Shown here: positions 22,350-31,900 of the stretch, in pieces
Numbering within the stretch: position 1 is the stretch's first letter
How the letters are laid out: each line of letters opens with the position of its first letter
Origin: Spirochaetia bacterium
Lineage (GTDB): Bacteria; Spirochaetota; Spirochaetia; WTKD01; G963693115
NCBI GenBank assembly: GCA_965216965.1
Contig: CBDCGX010000003.1
Span: 24,033-88,032 of the forward strand
Length of the DNA stretch: 64,000 bases
Direction of reading: 5' to 3'
The notes under the pieces: model-generated
Told to the model about the DNA's origin: nothing
The model's input: the letters and a program-made list of their open reading frames with translations, nothing else
Database searches by the model: none
Program-made: the position numbers and the translations under genes

Positions 22350-23546
22350 AATATATTTATGAAAAGAGCCCTACAGATTGCAAAAAGGGCTAATGTTTGT
22401 GATACACTTTCTAATCCTCTTGTAGGCGCAGTTATAGTAAAGAAGGGTGCTATAATTTCCGAAGGGTATTATAAAAAATATGGTACGGAACATGCAGAAG
22501 TACTTGCTATTAAGAAGGCACAAGAAAAGGTAAGAGGTGCAACCCTTTATTGTACATTAGAACCTTGTACTGGGACGTGGAAGGGGAAAAAAAGAACTCC
22601 ATGTGTAAACCAGATTATTCAGAGTGGTATTAAGGCTGTGTATATTGCTTCTCTTGATTCTAATAAAAAAATTTCGGGGAGGGGAGTTCTAGCCTTACAA
22701 AAGGCAGGGGTTGATGTAACCATGCTTTCTCACTACAAAAAAAGCGAAAACATAATGAATGAGGCATTTATTGCTTTGCAACGCAAGACACGAATAGAGC
22801 CATTTGTTCATTTGAAAATAGCACAAAGTCTTGATGGACGCATGGCTACTACCAATGGAGACTCAAAGTGGATTACAAATAAAAGAGCTAGAGACCTAGT
22901 GTATACTATGAGAATGCATAGTCACGCGATATGTGTTGGAGTAGATACTATTCTTATAGATAATCCTCAATACACTGTCCGAAATAAAAAAAAAACCATA
23001 AGTCCTTCTTTGATAATACTTGATTCAAGGTTAACGATACCGCTGGATTCTCGGTGCCTTCAATATAAGAGACGTGATTTTTGGGGGAATGAAAGTGGAG
23101 TTATAATATGTGTATCAAAAAAAGGGAGTAAACAGGCAAGTAAGTACTCTCAGTTTATAAAAAAAAGAAGGATTCTTGAAAAACGAGGACTTCATATTCT
23201 TGAGTTGCCCGAATTGCATTCTAAGAAACAAAGGCTTTCTTTACATCATCTTATGCAACACCTTATAGAATATGGTATATATTCTTTGTTAGTAGAAACG
23301 GGACCAACGCTTACCCATTCTTTTTTAATGAATAAATTGGTAGATAAGCTGAGTGTATTTTTAGCTCCTTTTTTTCTGGGGGGAGATAAAACAAGCACGC
23401 AAGATTTATATATTTCTCGCATAATAAATAAAAGGAAGATATATAATCTCATGATAAAAACAATTATTCCAACACAAATGGATACATGTGATGATGAAAA
23501 AAATATTCTTATGCAAGGGTATATGCATGATTTTTTCGAGGAATAG
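22344..23546 (+). CDS. ribD: bifunctional riboflavin biosynthesis deaminase/reductase (probable start ATG 22359)
   Basis: Cytidine-deaminase zinc motifs HAEVLAI and TLEPC...PC. Reductase-domain motif LKIAQSLDGRMAT. Confidence 0.9.
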   Translation: MHNIFMKRALQIAKRANVCDTLSNPLVGAVIVKKGAIISEGYYKKYGTEHAEVLAIKKAQEKVRGATLYCTLEPCTGTWKGKKRTPCVNQIIQSGIKAVYIASLDSNKKISGRGVLALQKAGVDVTMLSHYKKSENIMNEAFIALQRKTRIEPFVHLKIAQSLDGRMATTNGDSKWITNKRARDLVYTMRMHSHAICVGVDTILIDNPQYTVRNKKKTISPSLIILDSRLTIPLDSRCLQYKRRDFWGNESGVIICVSKKGSKQASKYSQFIKKRRILEKRGLHILELPELHSKKQRLSLHHLMQHLIEYGIYSLLVETGPTLTHSFLMNKLVDKLSVFLAPFFLGGDKTSTQDLYISRIINKRKIYNLMIKTIIPTQMDTCDDEKNILMQGYMHDFFEE

Positions 23547-23600
23547 CATGGTGATTTTAAAGGGGAAGATGAAAGACAATACCAATATTTTGACTAACGG

Positions 23601-24230
23601 GTGGCTATGTTTACAGGATTGATTGAAGAAGTAGGGGTTGTAAATAATGTTGTGTATGGAAAAGAATACACACGAGTTCGTATTATTGCAACTAAGATAT
23701 TAAGAGGTATGCGAAAAGGCGATTCTATTTCTGTAAATGGAGTGTGTCTGACTGTTATAAATCATAGTAATGTATTCCAGAAATGTTTCAGAAATCATTT
23801 TTTTGAGGTTGAAATACTTCATGAAACGCTAAAAAAAACTTCAATGAAATTCATTATGGTAGGCATGAATATTAACCTTGAGAGGGCAATGAGAATTTCC
23901 GATCGAATAGGTGGGCATATTGTAACGGGACATGTTGCGTGTACTGCACCCATAGTGTCTTTTGATAAACATGGAGAAAACTATTTCTTATGGGTTCAAA
24001 TGCCTCAGAAATATATGAGGTATTGTATTACAGAGGGAACAGTTACCATAGATGGAATAAGTCTTACTATTGCTAGCATAAGCAAAAACAAAATAATGTG
24101 CAATATAATTCCCCATACATTCCAAAACACGCGATTATCAGTTCTAAAAACAGGCGATATTCTAAACATAGAGCCTGATATATTGGCAAAATATATTGAA
24201 AGAATGAACATAAAAAAAAATGAATTATAA
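23601..24230 (+). CDS. ribE: riboflavin synthase alpha chain (probable start ATG 23607)
   Basis: MFTGLIEEVG start, internal duplication with SVNGVCLTV and TIDGISLTI lumazine-binding repeats. Confidence 0.9.
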   Translation: MAMFTGLIEEVGVVNNVVYGKEYTRVRIIATKILRGMRKGDSISVNGVCLTVINHSNVFQKCFRNHFFEVEILHETLKKTSMKFIMVGMNINLERAMRISDRIGGHIVTGHVACTAPIVSFDKHGENYFLWVQMPQKYMRYCITEGTVTIDGISLTIASISKNKIMCNIIPHTFQNTRLSVLKTGDILNIEPDILAKYIERMNIKKNEL

Positions 24231-24285
24231 CTTGTTCTTAGTGTTTTTTATGCTATTATATTTAATATATTGTTATTAATTTTTT

Positions 24286-24615
24286 ATGGAGGGAATGATG
24301 GCATTAATTATTACAAACGATAATTATACACAGGAAGTTGAGAATTCAGAAATACCTGTATTATTAGATTTTTGGGCAGAGTGGTGTCCGCCATGTAAAA
24401 TGTTGGGTCCTGTTATTGATGGTCTTTCAGATAAGTATAAAGGAAAGGTTAAAATAGCAAAGATAAACGTAGACGAATCTGCAGAATTAGCACAAAAATT
24501 CAATGTGAGTAGCATACCAACACTTGTGCTTATTAATAAAGGAGAAATAGTTAAACAGCAAACGGGAGCATTACCCGAGCAATCAATTATTGATATGTTT
24601 AAAGACTTATTGTAG
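24286..24615 (+). CDS. trxA: thioredoxin (active site WCPPC)
   Basis: VLLDFWAEWCPPCKMLGPVID, SIPTLVL cis-Pro loop, ~105 aa. Confidence 0.9.
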   Translation: MEGMMALIITNDNYTQEVENSEIPVLLDFWAEWCPPCKMLGPVIDGLSDKYKGKVKIAKINVDESAELAQKFNVSSIPTLVLINKGEIVKQQTGALPEQSIIDMFKDLL

Positions 24616-24694
24616 TCTTGCGATCTTTTTTGAAGTTATTGTAGCCACACTATCAGAATAACTACACTTTGTGATTGTTAATATATTACAAGTG

Positions 24695-25600
24695 TTATTT
24701 TATTTTAGGTAGAGTTGTGCACAATGTTTTTGCAATGTGTATTCCCCCCAATAATCCACAGTAATTGAGTTTTGGGGGTACTATATAGGTTTCTATTTTA
24801 TTAAGGATTTCATGAGCAACAATATATTTGTTGAGAGATTCTTTTACGTATGAATGTATCTTTGCAAATAAATGGGATTGCTGCATAATTCCTCCACCCA
24901 TAATGATTTTTTGTGGAGAAAGCGTGCAAATTAGATTGTGTACTCCTTGTGCAATATAATATGCTTCAATATCCCACGCTATGTGGTTAGGTGGAAGATG
25001 TGATCCTTCCAATTTCCAACGCCTTTCAATAGAAGGACCGGATGCAAGACCTTCTAAGCAATTTTCATGAAAAGGGCATATTCCATGTATTGGGTCATTT
25101 TTGTGGATGGTAAGAAGCATATGACCGCCCTCTGGGTGAATTAATCCATGAATGGGAGTATTATTTGCTATAATTCCAACTCCTACCCCTGTTCCTACTG
25201 TTATATAGACAAAGGTATGCATACCCTTTGCAACTCCCCATTTTCCTTCTGCAAGTGCTGATCCATTTACATCTGTATCAATCCCAATAGGAATAGCAAG
25301 TTTTTTTGAAAGAAATTGAACTAAGTCTGTATTTTGCCACGCTAGTTTAGGAGTGCTTGTAATATAACCATATGTTTGGGAATTTTTTTGTAGGTTTATA
25401 GGACCAAAAGATGCTATTCCAATTGCTTTTATGATATATTTTTGTTTCATAGCACGAAAGTAATGTATTATTCTTTTTATAGTTTCGTTTGGAGTAGTAG
25501 TAGGAAATCTTTCAATAGCATGTAATGAATCTGGATTATTACCAACTGCACATAAGAATTTGGTTCCACCCGCTTCTATTGTTCCATACATTTCTTTCAT
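24695..25600 (-). CDS. ROK-family sugar kinase, fructokinase-like (the ORF track's 5' extension to 25672 is probably not translated)
   Basis: MYGTIEAGGTKF N-terminal ATP motif, ITVGTGVGVG, Zn-site region HPEGGH...CPFHENCLEG. Confidence 0.8.
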   Translation of the reverse strand: MKEMYGTIEAGGTKFLCAVGNNPDSLHAIERFPTTTPNETIKRIIHYFRAMKQKYIIKAIGIASFGPINLQKNSQTYGYITSTPKLAWQNTDLVQFLSKKLAIPIGIDTDVNGSALAEGKWGVAKGMHTFVYITVGTGVGVGIIANNTPIHGLIHPEGGHMLLTIHKNDPIHGICPFHENCLEGLASGPSIERRWKLEGSHLPPNHIAWDIEAYYIAQGVHNLICTLSPQKIIMGGGIMQQSHLFAKIHSYVKESLNKYIVAHEILNKIETYIVPPKLNYCGLLGGIHIAKTLCTTLPKIK

Positions 25601-25754
25601 ACTTACATATATTATATAATTTTGATAGCAGATTTGTTTTAAAATTATGAATAGAATAGAAAATGTATTCAATAATTACTATTATAGAAACAAAGCATAG
25701 TGTTACATTTATATAAACTAATATGTAATTAAATTTTGAGAAAACGGGTATTTC

Positions 25755-26327
25755 ATGAATGATAAAAAAAACTATTTAGAACAGGGCATGCATGCAACTA
25801 CTGTTATTGCGGTACGAAGAAACGGAAAAGTTGCGGTGGGCTCAGATGGACAAGTAACGCTTGGAAATACAATAATTAAGCATACTGCAAAGAAAGTGAG
25901 GAGAATTGAAATTCCAAATTCATCGCATAGCATTCTTGTGGGTTTTGCGGGAAGCACGGCAGATGCCTTTGCTCTTTTTGACAGGTTAGAGGTGAAAATA
26001 AAAGAATATAAAGATGATCTTCGTCGTGCTGCGGTTGAGCTTGCAAAAGATTGGAGAACAGATAAAGTACTCCGACGACTTGAAGCAATGATGATTGTTT
26101 GCAATACAGATACCATGCTCATGATTTCTGGTATAGGCGATGTAATAGAACCTGAGTATGATACGCTTGCTATTGGTTCTGGAGGAAGTTTTGCATATTC
26201 TGTTTCTCGTGCTTTGCTTGAAAATACAGAATTAGAGGCAAGAGATATAGTTAAAAAAAGCCTTGAGATTGCAAGCGATGTATGTATTTATACAAATAAT
26301 TCCATAAATATAGAGGAGATACGGTAA
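25755..26327 (+). CDS. hslV: ATP-dependent protease subunit HslV (start may be ATG 25788, leaving a short MHA propeptide before TTV)
   Basis: [40 protein letters not shown]. Confidence 0.9.
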   Translation: MNDKKNYLEQGMHATTVIAVRRNGKVAVGSDGQVTLGNTIIKHTAKKVRRIEIPNSSHSILVGFAGSTADAFALFDRLEVKIKEYKDDLRRAAVELAKDWRTDKVLRRLEAMMIVCNTDTMLMISGIGDVIEPEYDTLAIGSGGSFAYSVSRALLENTELEARDIVKKSLEIASDVCIYTNNSINIEEIR

Positions 26328-27715
26328 TGGATTTTGAACATATAACTGATGAGATAACGATTAACACCGACACACAAACTAAAAACATAATTATGTTTAT
26401 GGAGTCGCTTACTCCCAAAAAGATTGTAGAGCATCTCAATAAGTATATAATTGGTCAAGATTCCGCAAAAAGAGCAATTGCAGTTGCACTTCGAAATAGG
26501 TATAGGCGGCTCAAATTATCTTCGGACTTAAGAGACAGTATTACTCCTAAAAATCTTATGATGATAGGGCCTACTGGGGTAGGAAAGACTGAGATAGCAC
26601 GGAAAATAGCACGACTATTAGGTGCACCGTTTGTTAAAGTTGAGGCTACAAAATATACTGAGGTAGGATATGTAGGAAGGGATGTAGAATCTATGGTAAG
26701 AGATCTCATGGCGGTAAGCCTTAATATAGTAAAAAAAGAAACTACATTGACAAATAAAAAAAGAATACAAACTTTTGTTGCAAAGAAATTATTAAAGGAA
26801 ATTCTCACAAATAAAAAAGAATTACAGCTAGATGATTTTGATGAAAGTGAAATTGAAAGGCAGCTAAAGAATGGAACACTTGACGACAGAGAGATAGAAA
26901 TAAGCGTAACCCCATCTAATGCTTTGGGGAATATATTTGGGAATATGGGAGTAATAGGAATAGAGGCATCTATTCCTCCTGATCTCAATGAAATGCTTTC
27001 ATCTCAACGGTCAAAGCGGAAAAAAGTAAAGATAGGAAAAGCACGAGATATTTTTTATCAGAAAGAGGTTGAAAAGTTTACAGATGATGAGCAAATTACA
27101 GAAATAGCGAGATGGAGAGCAGAACAGCTCGGTATTATTTTTATTGATGAGTTTGATAAAATAGTGAGTGATTCGACCATTCAAAATAGTGGAAATGTAA
27201 GCCGTGAAGGAGTGCAAAGAGATATACTCCCTATTGTAGAGGGATCACAAGTTCAGACTCGATATGGAATAATAGATACAGAAAATATACTTTTTATTGC
27301 TGCAGGTGCTTTTCATGTTTCAAAGCCAAGTGATCTTATTCCAGAATTACAAGGGCGTTTCCCTGTTCGAGTAGAATTAGATGAGCTTACTGTAAAGGAT
27401 TTTGTAAGGATTCTCTCAGAAACTGAAAACTCACTTGTATATCAATATGAGCAATTACTTGCAACAGAACAGTTGCACGTGCATGTTTCTACTGATGCAG
27501 TAGAGAATATTGCAGATATTGCTTATAGTATGAATAATGAAGCGGAGAATATAGGAGCACGGAGGCTGTATACTGTAATGGAGAAGCTTTTTGAAGATAT
27601 TATGTTTCATGCACCCGAAATGAAAGGTCAAAGTATTACCATAGATAAGGAATATATTCAGAAACATCTAAAAGGTATTACTGAGAAAAAAGATTATAAC
27701 AAATATATTTTATAG
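26327..27715 (+). CDS. hslU: ATP-dependent protease ATPase subunit HslU
   Basis: IVEHLNKYIIGQ, Walker A GPTGVGKTEIARKIA, GIIFIDEFDKI Walker B, PELQGRFPVRVEL. Confidence 0.95.
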   Translation: MDFEHITDEITINTDTQTKNIIMFMESLTPKKIVEHLNKYIIGQDSAKRAIAVALRNRYRRLKLSSDLRDSITPKNLMMIGPTGVGKTEIARKIARLLGAPFVKVEATKYTEVGYVGRDVESMVRDLMAVSLNIVKKETTLTNKKRIQTFVAKKLLKEILTNKKELQLDDFDESEIERQLKNGTLDDREIEISVTPSNALGNIFGNMGVIGIEASIPPDLNEMLSSQRSKRKKVKIGKARDIFYQKEVEKFTDDEQITEIARWRAEQLGIIFIDEFDKIVSDSTIQNSGNVSREGVQRDILPIVEGSQVQTRYGIIDTENILFIAAGAFHVSKPSDLIPELQGRFPVRVELDELTVKDFVRILSETENSLVYQYEQLLATEQLHVHVSTDAVENIADIAYSMNNEAENIGARRLYTVMEKLFEDIMFHAPEMKGQSITIDKEYIQKHLKGITEKKDYNKYIL

Positions 27716-27717
27716 TG

Positions 27718-29367
27718 CTATAGTGCAATATTTCTAAGTTTTTGGAATAATGCTGTTTGTTCAATGGGGGTTAATTTTCCAAAGACATTTAGTACAGTAT
27801 CTTTACATATATTATTTTTTTTATGGCGTACTATTTCTGAAGAAGAGGATGATCTTTCTTCTTGTAATGTGTCTTTTAGAATATTTTCCCATGTATGTAT
27901 GTGCTTCTGTAATGTTTTCTTGTTATAGTTATGATGTATTTGTTTAAAAAATATTCGTGGGGCTTTAGATTCTTTCTTTCGGTTTATTGGTATATGCGTT
28001 TGTACAAGAAAATTCATGGTAAGCATATGTGATATGGCACCATTGTTTTTTGTTAGAAGAATAGTTCTTGTTTTTTTTCGATTATCTTTCCAATGAGTAA
28101 ACCATTTTTCATACATAGCGAGAGAAGAGTCTTGTTTTATTGGGTGATTATATCGAGTAATGGAAAGAGAATACGGAAGGTTTATATATGATTTTCTTGT
28201 AATAGAGTCTAGCGTAGATATACGATTCCCATTCCGTTCAGAAGAATAGTTAGTGTGAGGATAACAGTGTGATCCACATATATCTGTGCTTACATCAAAC
28301 CCTACAATATAAACGGTGTTTTTTGTAACATTCCATGCTAGTTCTATGGCAGTTCCCATAACAGTTGCGTAGTATGATAGTTGTATATGCGAAGGGTTAA
28401 GAGCTAATAGTATTTCAGGAAAGTCATTTGTGTGAAGTATTATTATTTTTTCATTATTTTTATAAAAAAGATGTGTTCTTGCTGCACTTATAGGCATTGC
28501 TACGTAAGGCCGTTGTGGTTTGGGGATTTTTGATATGTATTCTTTTATAAGATAATGGATATGAAGATGTTTTTGTGCATAAAAGCTGGCATCTTGGTGT
28601 ACGATAATATCGGGAATTATATCGTTTGCATATAAACATTCGAGAGATGAGCTTGTTGCAATAATAATTATATGGGGTCGGATAGTTTTTAAATATTGTG
28701 TATGGTATAATAAGCTAGGACCTGCACCAATTACTACAGCAGGCAAAGAGCTTGCCTTTTCAATAACATATGAGGCATTTGTGTTTTTATAGTGGAATAC
28801 TGCATTAGATATCCATCTTTTTACAAAAAATGTTTCTGTAATACGTTCTGCTGCAAAGAGCTCTAATACTTCTTTTATTATTTTTAACACCTCTTTCGAT
28901 TGTTTTGTCCATATGGAAAGAGAAGGGTTCCAGTGTAATACAATGATTTCTTGAAGAGAAAATTGACGGAGAAGCGATTGAAGCACTGTATATGTATGTT
29001 TATTGTTGTGATTATAATGTATTATGTTTCCTGACGAAAATATTTCTTCTTCTGATTTTGCTACATAATTTTTATTATGTAGCATATAGTTTTTTTTTGA
29101 AAACATGTAAATTGCTGTGTGTAAATAAATAGAAATTATAGTTGCATCTGGATATTGTTCAATAATAGGATTGTTTTCGTATCCCATTGCTGCTCCTACA
29201 ATTACAAATATTTTAGGGTTTTTATCTTTGTTTTGTGGAGAGAAAAGTTGTTGAGTAATAGTATTTTGGGCTTCTTTATTAGGATTATAAGAAGAATGTA
29301 ATAGTTTCCCATTTATTTTGCATGTAGAGATACCTCTAGGTGATGTGAAAAATAATGGATTATTCAA
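27718..29367 (-). CDS. motility accessory factor (Maf, DUF115) family protein, putative nonulosonic-acid flagellin glycosyltransferase; TTG start overlapping the upstream stop
   Basis: N-terminal LHSSYNPNKEA motif, central VVIGAGPSL motif followed by IIIIATSSS and IVHQD, then VGFDVS. This layout is as I recall it for Campylobacter/Helicobacter/Aeromonas Maf proteins. Confidence 0.75.
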   Translation of the reverse strand: MNNPLFFTSPRGISTCKINGKLLHSSYNPNKEAQNTITQQLFSPQNKDKNPKIFVIVGAAMGYENNPIIEQYPDATIISIYLHTAIYMFSKKNYMLHNKNYVAKSEEEIFSSGNIIHYNHNNKHTYTVLQSLLRQFSLQEIIVLHWNPSLSIWTKQSKEVLKIIKEVLELFAAERITETFFVKRWISNAVFHYKNTNASYVIEKASSLPAVVIGAGPSLLYHTQYLKTIRPHIIIIATSSSLECLYANDIIPDIIVHQDASFYAQKHLHIHYLIKEYISKIPKPQRPYVAMPISAARTHLFYKNNEKIIILHTNDFPEILLALNPSHIQLSYYATVMGTAIELAWNVTKNTVYIVGFDVSTDICGSHCYPHTNYSSERNGNRISTLDSITRKSYINLPYSLSITRYNHPIKQDSSLAMYEKWFTHWKDNRKKTRTILLTKNNGAISHMLTMNFLVQTHIPINRKKESKAPRIFFKQIHHNYNKKTLQKHIHTWENILKDTLQEERSSSSSEIVRHKKNNICKDTVLNVFGKLTPIEQTALFQKLRNIAL

Positions 29368-31859
29368 TGTGTTTTATAATCACGATGAATCCCAAGAGAT
29401 TTACATAATTTCATATAATCTTTGTAAACAGGGTGAGCTATAAAGGAGGCATATACATTAGAGGGTAGTTTTTCTATATGTTCTTGAAGAAATGTAAGAA
29501 TCCTTTGTAACAGATTTCTTTGTTGTTTAGAAACATGTTGTGGAAAAGATATTTTTTTTACTGGTTGATTGCTAGTATTGTATCTCATCTGCCGCATATT
29601 TTGTATCCTTTCCGAAGATTTAAGCAAATATTTTATACGGCGTTCTAATTGAGTAAGTTTTCTATCTAGGACAGTATAGTGATTTCTTGAAACAGCGTGT
29701 GAAAAGGGCGACATGGTGGAGTGTTCCTTTATTGATGAGGACTTCAAATACTTTATAGAGGCTTTTGTTCGGTAAGGTGTCTTTATTGTCTTTGTAGGAG
29801 CTGTAATAAGATATGAAGAAGGTTTTTGACTTTTCTTTTTATAAATAACATCATTTCCATTTTTATTTATGACGTTGACAACTTCATTTAGACTTAAGGG
29901 AGCAGAGTCATTTTCGTCTGCTATAGAGGAATTATGTATGCTGTTATTGTTATCAGTGCTAGTGGTCTTTATAATTGACATGCTATTGTTATAGGGGGGA
30001 TTATCTGTTATTTCTGAAGTGTCTTTTTTTATTTGAAACGATTCATATGATTTATCGATTTCTAAAGTACTAGAGCGGCTTTCTGTATTATCTTTTTCTA
30101 AAGGTATAAGATTATTGGTCTTTGGTGTATTATTTGTGCTTATATTTAAAGATATAGCGGTGTTTTTAGACGCTGTATCGCTATTCTCAATTGTATTAGT
30201 CGTTTTTGTTTCAAGAATTGTATGTAGTTCGTTTTCATCTAAGGCACTAGAAGTATTGAGGAAATCACTTTCATGATTGTCATCTTTTTTTGGAGGTGTA
30301 GGTGAGTGTTCTTGTGATATATTTTCCTTTCCATCTAAGGCACTAGAAGTATTGAGGAAATCACTTTCATGATTGTCATCTTTTTTTGGAGGTGTAGGTG
30401 AGTGTTCTTGTGATATATTTTCCTTTCCATCTAAGGCACTAGAAGTATTGAGGAAATCACTTTCATGATTGTCATCTTTTTTTGGAGGTGTAGGTGAGTG
30501 TTCTTGTGATATATTTTCCTTTCCATCTAAGGCACTAGAAGTATTGAGGAAATCACTTTCATGATTGTCATCTTTTTTTGGAGGTGTAGGTGAGTGTTCT
30601 TGTGATATATTTTCCTTTCCATCTAAGGCACTAGAAGTATTGAGGAAATCACTTTCATGATTGTCATCTTTTTTTGGAGGTGTAGGTGAGTGTTCTTGTG
30701 ATATATTTTCCTTTCCATCTAAGGCACTAGAAGTATTGAGGAAATCACTTTCATGATTGTCATCTTTTTTTGGAGGTGTAGGTGAGTGTTCTTGCGATAT
30801 ATTTTCCTTTCCATCTAAGGCACTAGAAGTATTGAGGAAATCACTTTCATGATTGTCATCTTTTTTTGGAGGTGTAGGTGAGTGTTCTTGCGATATATTT
30901 TCCTTTCCATCTAAGGCACTAGAAGTATTGAGGAAATCACTTTCATGATTGTCATCTTTTTTTGGAGGTGTAGGTGAGTGTTCTTGTGATATGTTTTTTT
31001 TAGTAGATGAGAGTGTGGAAGTGTTTGTGTTTGAAGGGTTGTGAGGTACATATATTCCATTGCTATTCTCAATTGTATTAGTCGTTTTTGTTTCAAGAAT
31101 TGTATGTAGTTCGTCTTCATCTAAGGCACTAGAAGTATTGAGGAAATCACTTTCATGATTATCGTCTTTTTTTGGAGGCATGGGGGTGTTGCTTTGTGAT
31201 ATATTTTTTTCTTTAGCAGATGGAAGTGTGGGATTGTCTATATTTGGGGTGTTGGTATCTGCAGAGGCTTGGTTTTTATTAGTTGTTTGTGTGGAAGTGC
31301 TGGTTGCTTCAAGAATTGTGAGCAATTCATTTTTACTTAAAACACCATAATCGGAAGATGTATGTGTTGTATTGTTATCTTGTTTAAGAGAAGAGTCATG
31401 TTTAGGCGTGGTTGTGTTGTTTGACACAAATACGTTCTTATTTTCTAAAGAAGAGGGTATATTTTCAGAATTTGAGATGTCTTTTTTATTGGAAGAATTA
31501 GAAAGAGGAATGGGAGTATTCTCTTCTTTTGAGGAGCTGTTTTTTCCAAACAATGCATTAAATTCATTTTTATTAAGAGAATATGAGGATCCCATACTAT
31601 CTTGATCAGATGAAGTGGAGTGGTTTCCCCCATTGTTCTTGACGATCTTGTCAGAGTGTTTATTTATTTCATCATGTAAGTCTATATCGTGATGCGGCGA
31701 AGAGAAGGGAGGAGAAGTTTCTTGTTCTCTATGTGCGGTTTCAAGATTACTTTCTTTAAAAGAAATAGAGCTATAGCTATCCTGTTCTAAAGGCAAGTCT
31801 TTCTCATTTTCTCCATTTTCATCAATGGGTGAATCTATATATAGCATTATTTTAGACAC
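29364..31859 (-). CDS. hypothetical 831-aa acidic Ser/Thr/Asn/Pro-rich repeat protein with a basic C-terminal ~150 aa; no signal peptide
   Basis: Uninterrupted ORF through a perfectly in-frame 96-nt repeat array. AAGGAG 11 nt before the ATG. The stop overlaps the Maf start (TTGA). Confidence 0.8.
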   Translation of the reverse strand: MSKIMLYIDSPIDENGENEKDLPLEQDSYSSISFKESNLETAHREQETSPPFSSPHHDIDLHDEINKHSDKIVKNNGGNHSTSSDQDSMGSSYSLNKNEFNALFGKNSSSKEENTPIPLSNSSNKKDISNSENIPSSLENKNVFVSNNTTTPKHDSSLKQDNNTTHTSSDYGVLSKNELLTILEATSTSTQTTNKNQASADTNTPNIDNPTLPSAKEKNISQSNTPMPPKKDDNHESDFLNTSSALDEDELHTILETKTTNTIENSNGIYVPHNPSNTNTSTLSSTKKNISQEHSPTPPKKDDNHESDFLNTSSALDGKENISQEHSPTPPKKDDNHESDFLNTSSALDGKENISQEHSPTPPKKDDNHESDFLNTSSALDGKENISQEHSPTPPKKDDNHESDFLNTSSALDGKENISQEHSPTPPKKDDNHESDFLNTSSALDGKENISQEHSPTPPKKDDNHESDFLNTSSALDGKENISQEHSPTPPKKDDNHESDFLNTSSALDGKENISQEHSPTPPKKDDNHESDFLNTSSALDENELHTILETKTTNTIENSDTASKNTAISLNISTNNTPKTNNLIPLEKDNTESRSSTLEIDKSYESFQIKKDTSEITDNPPYNNSMSIIKTTSTDNNNSIHNSSIADENDSAPLSLNEVVNVINKNGNDVIYKKKSQKPSSYLITAPTKTIKTPYRTKASIKYLKSSSIKEHSTMSPFSHAVSRNHYTVLDRKLTQLERRIKYLLKSSERIQNMRQMRYNTSNQPVKKISFPQHVSKQQRNLLQRILTFLQEHIEKLPSNVYASFIAHPVYKDYMKLCKSLGIHRDYKTH
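30235..31002. repeat. tandem array, 8 x 96 bp, near-identical (encodes GKENISQEHSPTPPKKDDNHESDFLNTSSALD x 8)
   Basis: Unit starts at 30235, 30331, 30427, 30523, 30619, 30715, 30811 and 30907. The only internal differences seen are C instead of T at 30795 and 30891 (synonymous TCA/TCG on the coding strand) and divergence at the two outer edges. Confidence 0.95.
31061..31215. repeat. diverged extra copy of the array's left flank plus one unit (compare 30179-30330)
   Basis: gctattctcaattgtattagtcgtttttgtttcaagaattgtatgtagttcgt followed by a unit-like segment occurs at both 30179 and 31061 with a few substitutions. It encodes the duplicated peptide DDNHESDFLNTSSALDE[DN]ELHTILETKTTNTIENS. Confidence 0.85.
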
Positions 31860-31900
31860 TCCTTGTCTTTTGCGAACATAATAATCTTCCTTCGTTTAGC

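Noticed and set aside
22302-22358. Expected FMN riboswitch upstream of ribD
   Set aside because: Fewer than 60 nt are available between ribD and the divergent gene, which is too short for an FMN aptamer. No conserved FMN-element sequence is visible.
27700-27735. Tandem TATAGTGC TATAGTGC between the convergent hslU and maf stop codons
   Set aside because: It contains the two stop codons themselves, forms no stem-loop and has no T-run, so there is no evidence of a terminator or binding site.
30235-31002. A regular 96-bp repeat array that might be mistaken for a CRISPR array or satellite
   Set aside because: The units are contiguous with no unique spacers. The period is a multiple of 3, and the array lies in frame inside a long ORF. 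It is a coding tandem repeat.
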